A stretch of DNA of 64,000 nt from Hydrolagus affinis (taxonomy: Eukaryota). The stretch spans positions 1 to 64,000 of the forward strand of contig JAAILG010001622.1 in the NCBI GenBank assembly GCA_012026655.1, read 5' to 3'. Under the pieces are notes generated by a model. The model had not been told where the DNA came from. It saw nothing but the letters and a program-made list of their open reading frames with translations, and searched no databases. The position numbers and the translations under genes were made by a program. This document shows, piece after piece, positions 37,581 through 51,000 of the stretch (the stretch's first letter is position 1; each line of letters opens with the position of its first letter).

Positions 37581-38924
37581 ATAAATGTGAATTATTTTTA
37601 TTTTCCCTGGCTTAATTAAGCAAATTATCCTTCATTTTAATTAAGCAGTGGAATGATCTAAGGAATATCACAATTCTGCTGTCTTCCATGTCTTCATGTA
37701 CGGTATGATTTGTTTACTCCCTTCCTAAAAAAAAAAATGATAATTTGTACTTGATTGCATGTTAAGACTAACAATTAGTGTTTGCTTATCACATAATTAT
37801 TGCAAGCAACCAGACCATTTGAAATCCCATCATTAGAAAAGTATGATTCAAGGTGTCTGAATTACATTAAATAAATATCTCTCTTTAATTATTCTGGTTG
37901 AGAAGCGACTATAAATCAATATATTGTGACTCCGCTAACATTTCAAAGGAAAGTTCATCAGAAGGAAAAATGTCAGCAGAGGCTTCATTATATTGATAGT
38001 GTTAAAGTATCCTGAAGGGGACAAGGCTTATATTACATTTATTGATGTCTGCAGTGATTTGTACCCCCCACCCCCACCCCCACCACACACACACACACAC
38101 ACACTCACTCATGAGAAGTAGGAAATCACTGGAACATTAGCAGATCCACTACAGTCATCAATATAGTTGTCCCTCAGGAAACCCAGAAACATATTTTGAT
38201 TTCACCTGAATTTATACAACCAAAAGAAACCTGTTGGTAATTCTGAATTGTTGAACATCTGGATTTCATTGATGTCTTTGCTCATGCCCAGAATGGAATG
38301 GGGGTTTGAAGTGTGAGCAAAATATTTGAGAATAAAGCACGTTTGAAGTTTTTTCAACAAAATAGTGTTTCCTTTGTATATATTTCCAGACAATAACAGA
38401 AAACAACTAAGTTCCAAGGCACTTGTGATATCAGGATGAGAGTTAAATGGCCTGTCTATACATGTTAAAAAGGAGGAGAGCAGAATATCCACCTGTATTG
38501 ACTTACAGCTGGCCGTTTCACTCATCAGAGGAAGTCTAATTAAGTAACTGGTTTAAAAGAATTTCTGGCAGGTAACTGAATATTGCAGATAAGAATTCCC
38601 CAGACTGAGTTTCTTAACACATCCATTTAGAGGGTATTTCTTTACCCAAATTGTTGTAAACATCCTTTGATCTGGTACAGTACAGCGTGAGTATAGTACC
38701 TACATGTAATTCGGTAGCATTTAAAGTGTGTTGCCAGGTAAATGATCCATTTGATTCTTTGTTACTCAACAGTAAAGACAGCTGACTCATGTTCATTCAA
38801 AAAGTTCATGCAGCAGAACTGATCAGAATTTCAATATACCAGAGAACACAATTAGCTAAGAAGGGTTTTGAAGCTGAGAGAGATTACTGTGATTTGAAGA
38901 GAGAACAAAATATTTGTTCTCCAC

Positions 38925-39432
38925 TCATCCTTCAACAGGCTGCAGATCATCCAGAACTCTACAGCCCTACAGTCTTCTCCAGCAGCAGGCTCTGTAACCC
39001 TATCACCCACACCCTCCCCCAATTCCACTAACTCCCCATCATTCAGAGGATACAGTTCAAGTTCCTGGTCCTCACCTTCAAAGCCCTCCACGGCGTTGCT
39101 CCTCCATACCTCTATCACGTCTTAACCCTATCAATCTCTTCACTCTCTCCGCTCAATGAACCCCAATTTATTTCACTTACCCAGCCTTGTCAGCCCAACC
39201 ATTGGTGGGTGGGTCTTCGGGGTCTCTGGCCCCATTCTCTTGAACTCCATCCCACAGTCCCACCAACTCGCCCCTCCTTTGCCTCCTTCAAGACTCGTCT
39301 CAAGACCCTCCTCTTCAACCGCGCCTTTGGTCCTACTCTCCTACCCTCCCCGCGCCTCCAGTGATCATGACCATCAGAATTGATCATTCACCTCAGGACT
39401 GTTTGTTGGACCTTAATATGATATAAATGCAT
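38925..39432 (+). mobile_element. L2 3' fragment
   Basis: RLQIIQNSTA, IQFKFLVLTFKALHGVAPPYL, PTIGGWVF motifs. Confidence 0.9.
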
Positions 39433-40199
39433 GTCACGGTTTGTCTAGAAAAACAGCCCTGACACTCGGCAGCAATTAACTATGAATCATTTGAGACACT
39501 CCAATGCAATAAGGCACGACAATATCTTTTTTTTCTTTTTTCTTTTTAAGTTGTCATATCAGTAAATGGCAAATTCAGTGCCTAATAGATGCAAGGAAAT
39601 GCAAACACTTTCAGTTTGCGGCAACTGCTGAATGGAATGTGTTCTAATGCAACTCTCATTAATCCTGCTCTCAGGGGAGATGACCTGTGAAGCTCATGAC
39701 CTTTGGAGCATTGGCAAATGGATACATGCTCAGATTATGTAAAGCCATACTTTACAATGGGGCCAGCAAATGCAATTGCTTTTATAAGAGATTACAATTA
39801 CAGTTTTGTGATATTTTACTGCTGGCCATGTCCGATGGTGACAGATGGAGACTAGCAGGAGCCTAATGATGCCCACACAGCAAAATCCTCTTGTGTGCAA
39901 CTCACATGGTTTATACTTCCTTATTAACAGTGAAACAACTCCAAATGTTCTTACTTTTCCTTTATGGAAGCCGAAGAACATCTAATACCTTTCCAGCCAT
40001 TGGAGGCTTGTACATTCCTTTGCCCATTGTGGAAACCGCTCTATTTAGATGATGGAGTGGATCGAGAAATTGAAGGGAGAGGAATGTAATGATAACATTT
40101 ATGATTCATTTTAAGCTTATTCTGCTTCTGATGCCCCACCCTCCCCAACCATTTTGATACTGTTTCAATGGGATCTGCTCATTGTAACACAGGATATGA

Positions 40200-40520
40200 T
40201 ATACCTTGCAATTGATAAAGCGCCTTATCTCGTCTTCGAGATAGATGTAGCACAAAATGAATGTACTACAAAGTGAATTGACTGTTTATTTTGCGGTAGA
40301 ATTCTGGCAACCAATTATGCACAACAATGTCCCACAAACAGTCGTGAATTGAGCGACCAAATTTTTTGAAGGGATTAGTACCCCTGGAAAAGCAGTCCGC
40401 CAATCAACTAACAGCTGAGTTCCTATTAACTGCTAGGTGAGCAGGGGAGTGTGAAGTAGGGAAGCCTGCCCAAAGTTTTGCCCTGCCCAAGAATCAAATC
40501 TGGGTCCTCTCGCTTGAGTG
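40200..40520 (-). mobile_element. Near full-length tRNA-headed SINE
   Basis: Tail, core, central region (ccgccaatcaactaacagctgag) and head (gaatcaaatctgggtcctctcgcttg) collinear with 30522-30865. Confidence 0.9.
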
Positions 40521-40784
40521 ATACCATATATATCCTCACATATGTCTTCATATATGGTACATTTACTCATTGACAATGCTAAAACAGCATTTACTTTGAT
40601 TGACTTACACGTGAAGCCTTCATGGTCATTTTTCCTTGAAACTAAAACCACACTTAATTTGTGGAAAATCCTGTGATTCAGTCTTTACTTTGGAAGCCAT
40701 TTTTTCAACAACTGCTGAGAACCTGTTTATGAAAAATCGAAGTTTAACAATTATTCACAATTCTACACATTTGAAGACAAAATA

Positions 40785-40955
40785 ATTATTGTATTTGATA
40801 TAGTGCCGTATTGTGTCTTCGAGACATTACAAAGCGCTAAAGAAAATATGCTGTGAAGTCATTTGACTGTATAATTTGTGGGTGAAATGCAGCAACCAAT
40901 TGCACACAGTATTGTCCCACAAACAATCGTGGATTGAAGTGCCCAATTTTTTTAA
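40785..40955 (-). mobile_element. SINE 3' part
   Basis: tttgatatagtgcc..tgactgtataatttgtgggtgaaatgcagcaaccaattgcacacag..cccacaaacaatcgtggattga. Confidence 0.85.
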
Positions 40956-41282
40956 GGCTACGACCAGATAGAATTACAGATCTAATTTGTGTTGCAGGAG
41001 AAAAAAAACCTTCATGTGTTGTTTTGTGACTTTTGTAGTTGGTCTGAACCTGAGAAGGAGCCAGGGGCTTCTGAAACATGAAGCCAGTGAAGGGGATTGT
41101 TGTTAAAAGAAAGTCATAGGTTTTCAATTCTTAAGCTTTGTTACACCAATATTTCCCCCTCCTTGTTAACTACAATATCCACTTATCAGTTGTTGTAAAG
41201 TCTGAAATCCGTTATTTTAAAGGTCAGAGAAACATGCGAGTCCCATGTAAAAATGATACATTTTACTAATCCTTCCCTCTAG

Positions 41283-41348
41283 CCACTTGCTCACTTTAAT
41301 GGCCCCTCTCAAGTTGACCCATTAGGATTTCCTGTGGCGGTCTCTGAG
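41283..41348 (+). other. Candidate 66-bp symmetric coding exon
   Basis: tactaatccttccctctag| acceptor, gag|gtaagt donor, open in phase 0: PLAHFNGPSQVDPLGFPVAVSE; protein not recognised. Confidence 0.3.
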
Positions 41349-41999
41349 GTAAGTGTGTCTCATCCGGCAATAATTTATTTTTCATTCAAAGCAGTTCCAG
41401 GAGCTGCACGTCAGATTGGATATGCTTCTGTAGCTTGTTAACCAGGAGGGACCATCAGCATTTACCCAGTCAGGCCAGGGCAGAGGAATAAAAAATGAAT
41501 AATGTGAAATCAAAAAGAAGACCTCCAAAAGGCTCTGCATTCAGATTCCTGTCTTTGTACTTGTAGTCCGTTTTCCACTCCAGCGATTGTAGGAGTCCGC
41601 AGTTTGCTTTCCCTCCTCCCTATGAACATGTGTATACGTGATAGCTTTTTTAATGAAGAACACATTCCCACCTAGGCAGTGAATAGAGTCCATTGCCTTA
41701 CTTACTACAGAGGCATAACAGTGAGTTATTAATATCTTCTAAGAATCAAAACCTTACCAGGTAGTAGGTCTTTTGTTTTATAATTTACTGTTTCAAAGGA
41801 AACCTTACATCTTTTCTTTTACCTGGTGAGGTTTGTAAATGGGGCAAGTTGTGTTCAGTCCTATCTATGCTTATCTATGTTTTTATGATATTGTGGCAAC
41901 CACCAATATCTTCATAATACAGTACCCTCTTGCTGTTGGTGATGTTAATTCATCAACAGTGTGAGACACATTCCACAACAACAACAAGAATTTGGAAGA

Positions 42000-42195
42000 A
42001 TTGGAGTTTCTTCTGGGTGTCACTCCCCCAGTAAACTTCATGGCTGTTTGTGGGACATATGTATGTGCTATTCAGCTGTCTAGTTCTCCCATAAAAACAG
42101 TCACTACACTACAGTACAGTATATCTTGTGAAGCACTTTGACGCATCCTCCAGACATAAAAGGCACTATACCAAATGTGAGGATTATTATTTTTT
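42000..42195 (+). mobile_element. SINE 3' part
   Basis: catggctgtttgtgggacat..cagtcactacact..gtgaagcactttga..ggattattatt. Confidence 0.75.
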
Positions 42196-45100
42196 GTTAT
42201 TATTTATATATGATTGGGTGTCTGAGTTGGGGGGAGGGGAGAGGGGAGGAACTGAGTAGCAGGGTGTGAATGGGGACACTTGCAAGTCTTTCCCAAAAAT
42301 ATGGATTACAACTTTGTTTTCTAATCTTGGAGTTCTCATATTCACTGTCTCCAGAGGGCCCCCGCTGGATTCAGCAGCCAATCTTTCTGGAGAAAATGAT
42401 CCTGTTCATGACAGCTCTGCAATCTAAGCGTAGGATTACACAAAATTCACCTTTGTGTGGAGCGCCCAAAAGTCAGTCACAGAAGATTGAGGTTTAACTT
42501 ATGCTAATCTATAAAAAATGCAATCTTTTTCTGTCTTCACAATGAGGTTTTCCATTACGAGGATATAATGAAAGGATTGAAATGTTGAACAACCAGTATA
42601 AACCAATACCCTTTTATTTAGTTACTTTCCTCTAGGAGATGTGACAGTGGCAAAGGCAAAAACAGCATCAGCCAGGAACACAGCTGGCACAAAATAAGAA
42701 AGCCTGTCTTTGTTTAACTGTGGAAAAGAAATATTCCTTCATAATGGAATGCTTTGGAAGCGAGCCTTTTGGTCTGATGTTCCTTCGCAACCTCAGATGG
42801 AACATATTTAATAGAGCAATTGATGGCGCCTCTATTTAACAATATAAAGGTGTCTGAATTCCAACAATTGCAACAAATGTGTAGGTATTTACGTCTGCAC
42901 GTGACCACGGCTCAAAAGACTTGCGAACAACTCAGAAACCGATCCTGGGGGAATGAATGAAAATTGAAGATCCCTTCCAGAACTGCTAAACACTGTAACG
43001 TGTGGAATAAAATGCTTTCTACCTGTAAATCCACTTGTAGCAACATTCACTCCCATCATGTTCCAATCAGACTTGATTGGAAAAAGATCGGAGTTGCATG
43101 GACCTGATCAATTCACTGATTGGAGCCTAATTCCTTTCAAAATTTGAGAACTGCTTCTCAGAATGAAATATTCCGATTGCAGTGGAACTCGGCTTCAAGT
43201 TACTTCTGAATCAGAACAAAATTGGCATGATACCAAAATAACTAGATTATAAACAGTATGTTCTACATTATCCAGCAAGTCACAGATATTTGTATATATA
43301 TTTAATCAACCTCATCTGGACAATAGATCAACATCACTTGTCTTTCTTTTTTATTCCTCTATTTTTTATTGCTGTAATATATACAGGACCCCGACTTTCC
43401 TGTTAATCAACTGCAGGTTACTTCCTGAATATTCCACTTGTGTGAATATCTTCATGAATCAAGGATTATTGGGAAGAACTGACATCCTCTGAGTCTAGAT
43501 GGATTGCTGTTCCTGGCACAAGGAATGACTAGAAACAAAATAACCCCCTACATAATATTGGAACCACATACACTATAAATAATAACAGATATTCAGGCGA
43601 TGATTTCAAGGCTGTAATGTGATGTCAGGGTTAAAATGATGGTCACAAAGTGCTTACTTTGTACTCTTATGTTTTATGAAATCATCTGAGCATTCAATTA
43701 GATTACTGCTTCATAATCGCTCACAGGTATCCATTACACTCCAGCTCATCTGGTCTAAGTTGAACCATCCCCTTCAAATCAGCAATAACTCTCTTAAACT
43801 GCTGTCTGATTCAGCACAATTGAAACATCATTACATTGCTTTTGCAGTAATTAAGGCTTGAGCTCTTCAAAGGTAAATCAGTTATTTGTCTTATTCCCTG
43901 TTGGTGAATCCATGTTTATGTCATCCAGCAGCAATGCCCGTCAAAGGGAAGAAGTGTATCGGTTACACAGTTTGAACCGAGAGATTTAGTTTGGCTTATC
44001 CTGTTGTGATGCAGACCTTCATTGACTCCTCAAGCAACTCCTGGGTTAGGACGAGCTCTGCATCTCATTTCCTTTGCCACATTTGCCCGCAAAATACAGT
44101 CACACCATTGTCAGTAAATCCTGTGAGACATCTCAACAGCATGATAGGTGGTATATCAAACGCAAGCATTATTATTGTGATTTATCTTACCCCGCCCACA
44201 ACCAGTACCGCCTAAGTGCATTGATTTACACATAATCCCGAGCATGTTGGTTAGGAAAAGACAAGCGAGTGGTAAACGGATAGCACCTTCAGAGAAACAG
44301 CACAGGTATTGCTCCTTTTTGAGCCTACGGACATCTAGGAGAAACAATAAAATACCATCTGGACTGGATTTATTTTATTTCAAGTGTCCAGAATTTGGGA
44401 AATTGTTGAATTCGACATTTAAATTTATTTTCCTCCAGCTCTCAAAATAAACTTAGAGGAAAACGGCTTCAGAATTAAAACTGCACTTACAAAATTCTGG
44501 ACAGCTGTATCTCAAAGGACGCTATAAAAAGGTTCCTCTATTCATGGTATCCAATAAAGTGACTGGTATCCCGTTTTACATTTTAATATAATAATATAAC
44601 ATAATATCCAATATCACATTTTTCCTACCATAATCTTTTCAACCTTGCATTGTTCAATTCTTCAGGGGCTGATATTAAGACATTTTCCTGTTGTATGCTT
44701 TTCATGGTGTCTTTCTCTGCACTTTGGATACCGCAGTATTTTAGAGGAATTGTACTAGGTTTCTATTAGGAGCCCTGTTCTATTTTGTGGCTTGAAGTTA
44801 TGCCACACACCACATCTGGAATTACATTTGTTACTTGTTTGCATTTAGCCTGTGTGGCTTACAGTAAAATTAAAAGATAGAGTAGACAAAAGTCTTATTT
44901 CACACAATTCATTGCAGTCAGTCTAGGAGAAGCTGAACCTACCCTGATTCAGATATCGATATCAAATACGGAGCGACAAGAGGTAAGCTGAACCCTGATC
45001 GAAGACATGTTGGGTTAACTGTTACCAAATGTGGTCACAACAGTCACTGAGAGTGAACTTTTCTATTGAGTTTTGCTGTTCCGTTTTATCCTGTTAGTGA

Positions 45101-45544
45101 TTAGCGATTGCAGAAGGAGGGGGAAAAACAAACGGTTTCTGTTCAGTGTGCCTGTTCATCATTGGAATGAAAAAAAACATGACTTGATCATAAGATTTCC
45201 CCTATTAAAGATTGTGCAGCAAGGTTTCGAACTTGAGCATTGGGATTTTCTTTTGAGAGTGCAATTTTACACTACGACTGAAGTAGCCAAGATTGTCAGC
45301 ATATTCTTGCTCCGCACACATCACTGATACACATTCTGAAAAATCCATAACTCATTTTCTGAACAAACCAAAACATTTGAAAAGAAAAAAAAAGAAAAGA
45401 ATGAAAATCCTTTCCTAAAATTGTAATTTTCGTCTCAGAAAAATAGAACAAATGAGCATAAATTACAGGAAGTGATATGTAAATTGTGTACAGCACTGGT
45501 ACAATTTTTAGTGACCTGTTGGAGTAACAACATATTAACATTGA

Positions 45545-46105
45545 AGAGAGTACATCCAAGGGCAACTAAATTGGTAGCTGAATTCAAGTACCTGAGTTAA
45601 ACTAAGAGGCTACGGAAATTAGAAATGTTGACTGGAGAAAAGAAGGCTCAGGATAGATTTTATTATAGTATTCAAGGTTTTAAAGGTTATGGATAAACTA
45701 AAATCCAAATAATTGTTTAAACATAATCACAAACTCTAAAACACAGACGCAAACTCAGAAGGGGAAACTGAAACTGTTGAAATATAGCTGCTTTTCACAG
45801 AGAATATATTGAAAACGTTACCCAGCGAGACAGTGGAGCCAAATTGTGTCATCAAATACAAGAGGGATTTGGACACATGAAACGTCGGTAAGCCTGCGGC
45901 TGAAATATTGTGCGCAGTTTTGAGCAATGCACCCTGGAAAATATATTAGAGCTAGAGAGCGGGTGCAATGCAGATTCACCAGGATAATGTCAGAGAAAGG
46001 GGAATATAACTATGAGGAGAAGCTGGATAGGTTAGGATTCCTTCTATTTGAATAGAGAAGTTTTGAGAGTGATATGATAGAGGTGTTGAAGACAACGAGT
46101 TTGAA
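45545..46105 (+). mobile_element. Two old CR1 ORF2 C-terminal remnants
   Basis: RATKLV..L..LEKRRLR..VFKVLKG (~45560-45690) and RFTRIM..YEEKLDRLG (~45970-46040). Confidence 0.7.
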
Positions 46106-46122
46106 AGGGTAATAATCCAAGC

Positions 46123-46470
46123 AATAATAATCCTTGATTTGATATAGTGCCTTACCATGTTGTTGAGGTATCTCAAAGCTCGTCACAGAATATGCTGTAA
46201 AGTGAATCGATTGTATATTTTGTGGACACAATGGGCAGCCAAAATTGCACTCATCAGTGTCCCACAGTCATGGATTGAGCTACCAATTATTATTATTATT
46301 TTAAGGGATTATTACCCACTGGAAAATAATTTGTTAATTAAAAACAAAATTCCTACTTCCTACTTACTGCAAGGTAAGTGGAGGTGTGTGGATTAAGCAA
46401 ACCTGCCAAAGGTTTTGCTCTGCCCGAGAATTGAACACAGGTCCGCTCACTTGTAAGCCAAGTAAGCCAA
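46123..46470 (-). mobile_element. Near full-length tRNA-headed SINE
   Basis: aataataatccttgatttgatatagtgcc tail to gaattgaacacaggtccgctcacttgtaag head. Confidence 0.88.
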
Positions 46471-46481
46471 GTGATGTAAAC

Positions 46482-47650
46482 CAACAACAACAACAAATTA
46501 CATTTGTACATCACCTTTCACTGCAGGAGGTGCTTGGACAGTCAGTGCCAAGGTGTTAGACAGTTAGAGATTTGCACCTGAAAAGGGATTTGGCATCAGG
46601 TTGGATTGGGATCAGACAGGGTGGAAGGCACAGTCAAAGAGGAGACACGCCTTGAAGGAGGCAAGGGAGGCAGCAAGATGAATTACTGTGGGATATAGTT
46701 CCAAAAGCTGGGGCCAGAGAGGTTGAAGGCCCAACAGCCGAGAGCTGGACGATCAGATCTAGGGTGAGCCGGGCAGGGGACATAGAACAGGACAGAGGCT
46801 GCTGGGTGGAGGAAGTGGACAGGTTGATATGGGGTTAACAGGTGGTAAAGTTAGGAAGGGGCAAGGCCGTGGAGGGCCTTGAATGTGAGGAAGAGGAATT
46901 TGAACTCTATCATCTGGGAAATGGGAAGCCAGTAGTGTTGGACGAGGGTGGGGGTTAAGGGGTCATAGAGCCTGCTGCAGAAGAGATCACAGAGTTCTGG
47001 ATGATCTCCAGCTTATGGAGGGAAGTGTTGGGAAGACCTACAAGTAGAGAGTTGGTTGGAGAGGAAGGAGCGATGCCGAGAAGCAACAACTCGATCCAAG
47101 AAAGGGAGTTGGAAATGGGGCAGTAGTTGGAGAGCAGGGATGGATCCACAGAAGTTTTTTTGAGGGTAGGGGTGATTATACAGCTGTTTCCAAGGGAATA
47201 GCTAGACAGAGAGAGATTCATGAGGTCTGTGATTAGAGAAACAAGGAGGTGGAGCTGGGAGATAAGGAGTGGGATAGGGAGTCAGGTCAAGAGAGCAGGT
47301 GGTGTGTTTCATTAGGATCATAACGGTGGTGAGAGAGAAGGTGTAAACAGGTTTGAAGGTGTAGAGGAAGGTAATTATAGGGGCTGGTATATGATGAGGA
47401 GGGTATAGCCATTGGAAGGGTAGAGGTAACTGTGAGGATCCCCTCAATTTTGGTCTTAAGGAAGTTCGGTGTCTCCTTGCAGTTGGAGTTGGAGGAAAGG
47501 ATGGGAGAGGCATGGGAGAGTGGATGGCAGTTCAAATTGGTGGTGGCGATGGAACCTGGGGTTGCCCCTGGTTTCCAAAATCATCTTGGAATAGAAGGGC
47601 GATTTAATGGAAATGAGGGTAGGGTGGTATATTTTGATGGGGTCCAGCCA
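46482..47650 (-). mobile_element. Internally deleted L2 LINE (tail type B)
   Basis: LKKTSVDPSLLSNYCPISN (RT start) joined almost directly to NSLLVGLPNTSLHKLEIIQNS (C-terminal region); upstream part resembles 6300-6850. Confidence 0.88.
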
Positions 47651-49192
47651 GATCTGCCAATTCTATAGCATGTACCTGTGCTTTGGGAGAGCAGAGGTGG
47701 CTGATGAGTCCTGCAGGACTTCATGAATAAATGATGAGGAAATATTTTTCTGTAGGTGATTTGAAGATGAGAGGCTGAGGGTTCAGGTGATTCACTGGTC
47801 TACTGGGAATCAGTGGATATTAGCATTGATGGGGTTATGAATGCGCAGGACCTAGTGTGTAGCAAAATATGGGCTGTGGAGATTTGGATGAATTGTTATT
47901 TATGGAGGACGGAGCCAGGCTGTCAGTGAGACGACCTTCAGAAAATCCAACTTAGTCAGGACCATGTTGCAGGAAACAACTACAGAAAAGCAGACTTAAC
48001 AAAACAAATGGATACTTCCTCTTCAATCCTGAAAGAGTAACATCCTTCTCTCAGCTTTCCTTCCTATAGAATGGGATAAATGAAAGTTAGGTTCTGTGTT
48101 TTCTTTGCACAAAATCTCTTGCTAAGTGGTTAATGGGAAAAAAAAGTTGGATATTTTGATGTTATCGGGCGAATGTTGTTATGAAGTTAAGGCCTTTTTT
48201 AATTAACCCACTCTTTGAGGTGAATGGAAACTTTATCTTATTAATCCCTGCTGGGTCAGACAGAGTATGAACAAAATATAAATTAAAAAGTCACTTGAAT
48301 TGGCATCATAATAATCCTTACATTTTTCATCATGTTGCTTCGAAACATCTCAAAGCTCTTCAGACAGTGAAATACTTTTTCAAGTATAGTGGCTGTCATT
48401 ACATGGAATTATTTGTGGGCAGCACCCGATAGAAATATGTCTTAACTTCAGGCTCTGAAAAGGACCCAACTATTACAGTTAGATATTTGTCAGCCCTAGT
48501 GTTAGCCTATAAGTCAGATATCAACGATTAGCAACAACTACTATACGTTTTGCTGTTAGTTCACATCCACTGGGAACTGTATTAGAATTAGTCGGAACTC
48601 ATTCGAATTATTGAAAGCGCAACACACACAGCCATTGGCATATAGGCATCCCTGAGTTTGCCGGTACTTGATGTTGAAAGCAAATTAAAACTTTGGACTC
48701 TTCAAAATTACTTCCTGTGATTTAGAGAAAGAGGAAAAAATCTTTGCTGTTGAAGGGCTTAAGTTAATTGAAAGTTTTAATTATAATTGAGTTAAGGATC
48801 AGAAGTTTATGTGATTAATTGAGTCACTAGGATTAGAGATCCAGTTTGTCCCTTGTTTAAAGCTAAGCCCCGGATCTGTAATCCGAGCTCAGAACTGGAA
48901 GTTGGTGCCTCCTGGTTTGGAGACCTAGTGGATTTACACTGCAGGCTAGCTTCATGAACCTTTAAAGCTTCAAACTAACATAAAACTCCTCTGGTTTTGG
49001 AGCAGACAGTCTGTCTTTTGAATTGCGTGTTAAGAACCAGACACCAACAAATAATTCAACATGTTTCCAATTGTTCCATTTCTATGTGTTTGGCTTAGGA
49101 TGTGTGGTATTAAAATGTAGGGGTTTTAATAAGTCTTAATTGTCAAGAAATAAACTGAGTATTCAAACTCTAATGCTGTGCCTGTTTGGTTT

Positions 49193-49602
49193 TAATAATC
49201 CTTGCGTTTGTTATAGAGTCTTATCGCGTCATAAAGATATCTCATAGCGCTTCACAGGATATACTGTAAAGGACGTGTATATTCTGGGCAAAATTGAGCA
49301 GTTAGGTTATGCAAGGCAAAGTCTCACAAATAATCATGGAGTAAGTGACCAACTTTTTTTATTGTGGGAGAGCTGTTCTGTTTCTAAATAGTGCCACAGG
49401 ATCTTCAATTGAACGGAAAAGACAGGACCTCGGTTTAACATCCCATCTATCGGGCAGCTCCTCCGACAACACAACACCACCACCCCACCCACACCCAGCA
49501 CTGAATTGGAGTGTCATCTTAGATGATGTGATTCCAAGTCTTGATGTAGGGCGTAAACCCACATACGTTTGACTCAGAAGCGAGAGTTCTTCCCACTGTG
49601 CC
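49193..49602 (-). mobile_element. Near full-length Deu-domain SINE
   Basis: aaatagtgccacaggatcttc..gacctcggtttaacatcccatc Deu motif; tgactcagaagcgagagt..cccactgtgcc head. Confidence 0.85.
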
Positions 49603-49699
49603 TCATTGGTGCCTGATGACAATAGACACCCTAAAACTACACCTATTTCAATCACTCCAATTTTTTGATATAACACCTACAGGAGTTATAATAATGATA

Positions 49700-50280
49700 A
49701 TTGTTTTTACATTTGGTTCGGTGCATTTCACAAAGGAAAACATATCAAAGCCTTTCACAAGATATAATGCAAAGTGCAGTGATTTATGTAATACACCAGC
49801 TAATTTGGTGACAGCAATTTCTCACAAATAGTGAAGTGAATGACCAATTTTATTTCAAATATTGTTGGCCTGACGCTGGAAGAAACTTGCTTCTGATTTT
49901 GAATGGTGTCCTTTAATGATTTTAATGAAAAATCCTTCAATGAAACCTTTAATGATTACCCGAACAGGCAGATGGGTCCTCGGTTAAAGAAGAAGGTTGT
50001 CTGAAGAATGGCAATTTCAACAATTCAGCATTCTCCCAATGCTGCATTGAAGTGGCCTATTAGAATACATGATTTCTAATTCATTGCAAGAGATTCATCC
50101 CACAAAATAAACAGACTATTCACTTTACAGTATATTGTGTGAAGCATTTCGAGATGACTTGAAGATGTGAGATGCTTGAGGTAAGCATATATCAAAAACA
50201 AGGATTATTATTTTCACATGGTGCTTGAACTCCTAACCTACTGGCTCAGAGATGAAAGTGCTGAATGAACTGGGCTGACA
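49700..50280. mobile_element. Minus-strand Deu SINE interrupted by a plus-strand SINE tail (~50090-50213)
   Basis: gaacaggcagatgggtcctcggttaaa on the left, forward tail ending caaggattattatt, head cttgaac..ctcagagatgaaagtg on the right. Confidence 0.7.
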
Positions 50281-50294
50281 CACAAGTTGTTTGG

Positions 50295-50505
50295 ACTTGG
50301 AATGCCCTCCTGGGTGCTGTGGTCAAAGCATAATTTATATTTGCTTTCAAAGGGGATACTAGTAGATATCTAAATAGGCATAATTTACAGGGGTATAAGG
50401 AAAGGCAGGTCAATGGGGTTGAACGGATTGGTCTTTCAAAAAGGCATCACAGATGTGGTGAACCCAATAGTCTGCTTCTGTGCTGTACATTTATGTGGTC
50501 TATGG
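50295..50505 (+). mobile_element. CR1 3' end
   Basis: tggaatgccctc..ttcaaaaaggcatcacag..cttctgtgctgta..tctatg. Confidence 0.7.
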
Positions 50506-50659
50506 TGTTACACCGAGTGGTTTTCTCAACTGACACGTTGGAAGTACACTCAACTAAATTGATGCAGAAAGCATTTCCAGATTAGCAAATACTTGCATTG
50601 TGTGCAGACATAATAACCTTGCTCTGGCTCAAATATTTGCAGTCTATTCATATGTCAGA

Positions 50660-51000
50660 TTTCAAGCAGGCACTCCAGTGTTATACGAGGGGAGTCCTGC
50701 ATTATCATGGGTGTCATCTTTCAGATGGGTCTTTAAGCTGTGGTCCCATCTGTGTGCGCTACCAATTGATATTAAAGGTCCCTTGATGCTACTTGGAAAG
50801 AGAAGGTTGTTTTTTTTTGTCAGTATCCTGGCCAACAATCCCCCAAATTAACTGATCATTCACCTCAGGATTGTTTGTGGGATCTTGCTGGTGCAAGTAG
50901 CTGCCATATTTACCCACAAAGACAGTTACTAAACTTGACATGAGTTTAGTAACTCTGCAAAACATCTTGAGAAATTTTGACACAAAATAGGGCACTTTAT
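50660..51000 (+). mobile_element. Deu-domain SINE
   Basis: tttcagatgggtctttaagctgtggtcccatctg..gtatcctggccaaca..gtttgtgggatcttgctg. Confidence 0.8.

Noticed and set aside
44930-45005. Direct repeat aagctgaacc..ctgat next to a gtaagc donor-like site
   Set aside because: Two short imperfect copies and a weak acceptor; compatible with chance or a small local duplication
47701-47724. Hammerhead ribozyme core CTGATGA-GTCC-tgca-GGAC
   Set aside because: The obligatory GAAA after stem II is replaced by TTCA and I see no stems I/III; it is only a short palindrome
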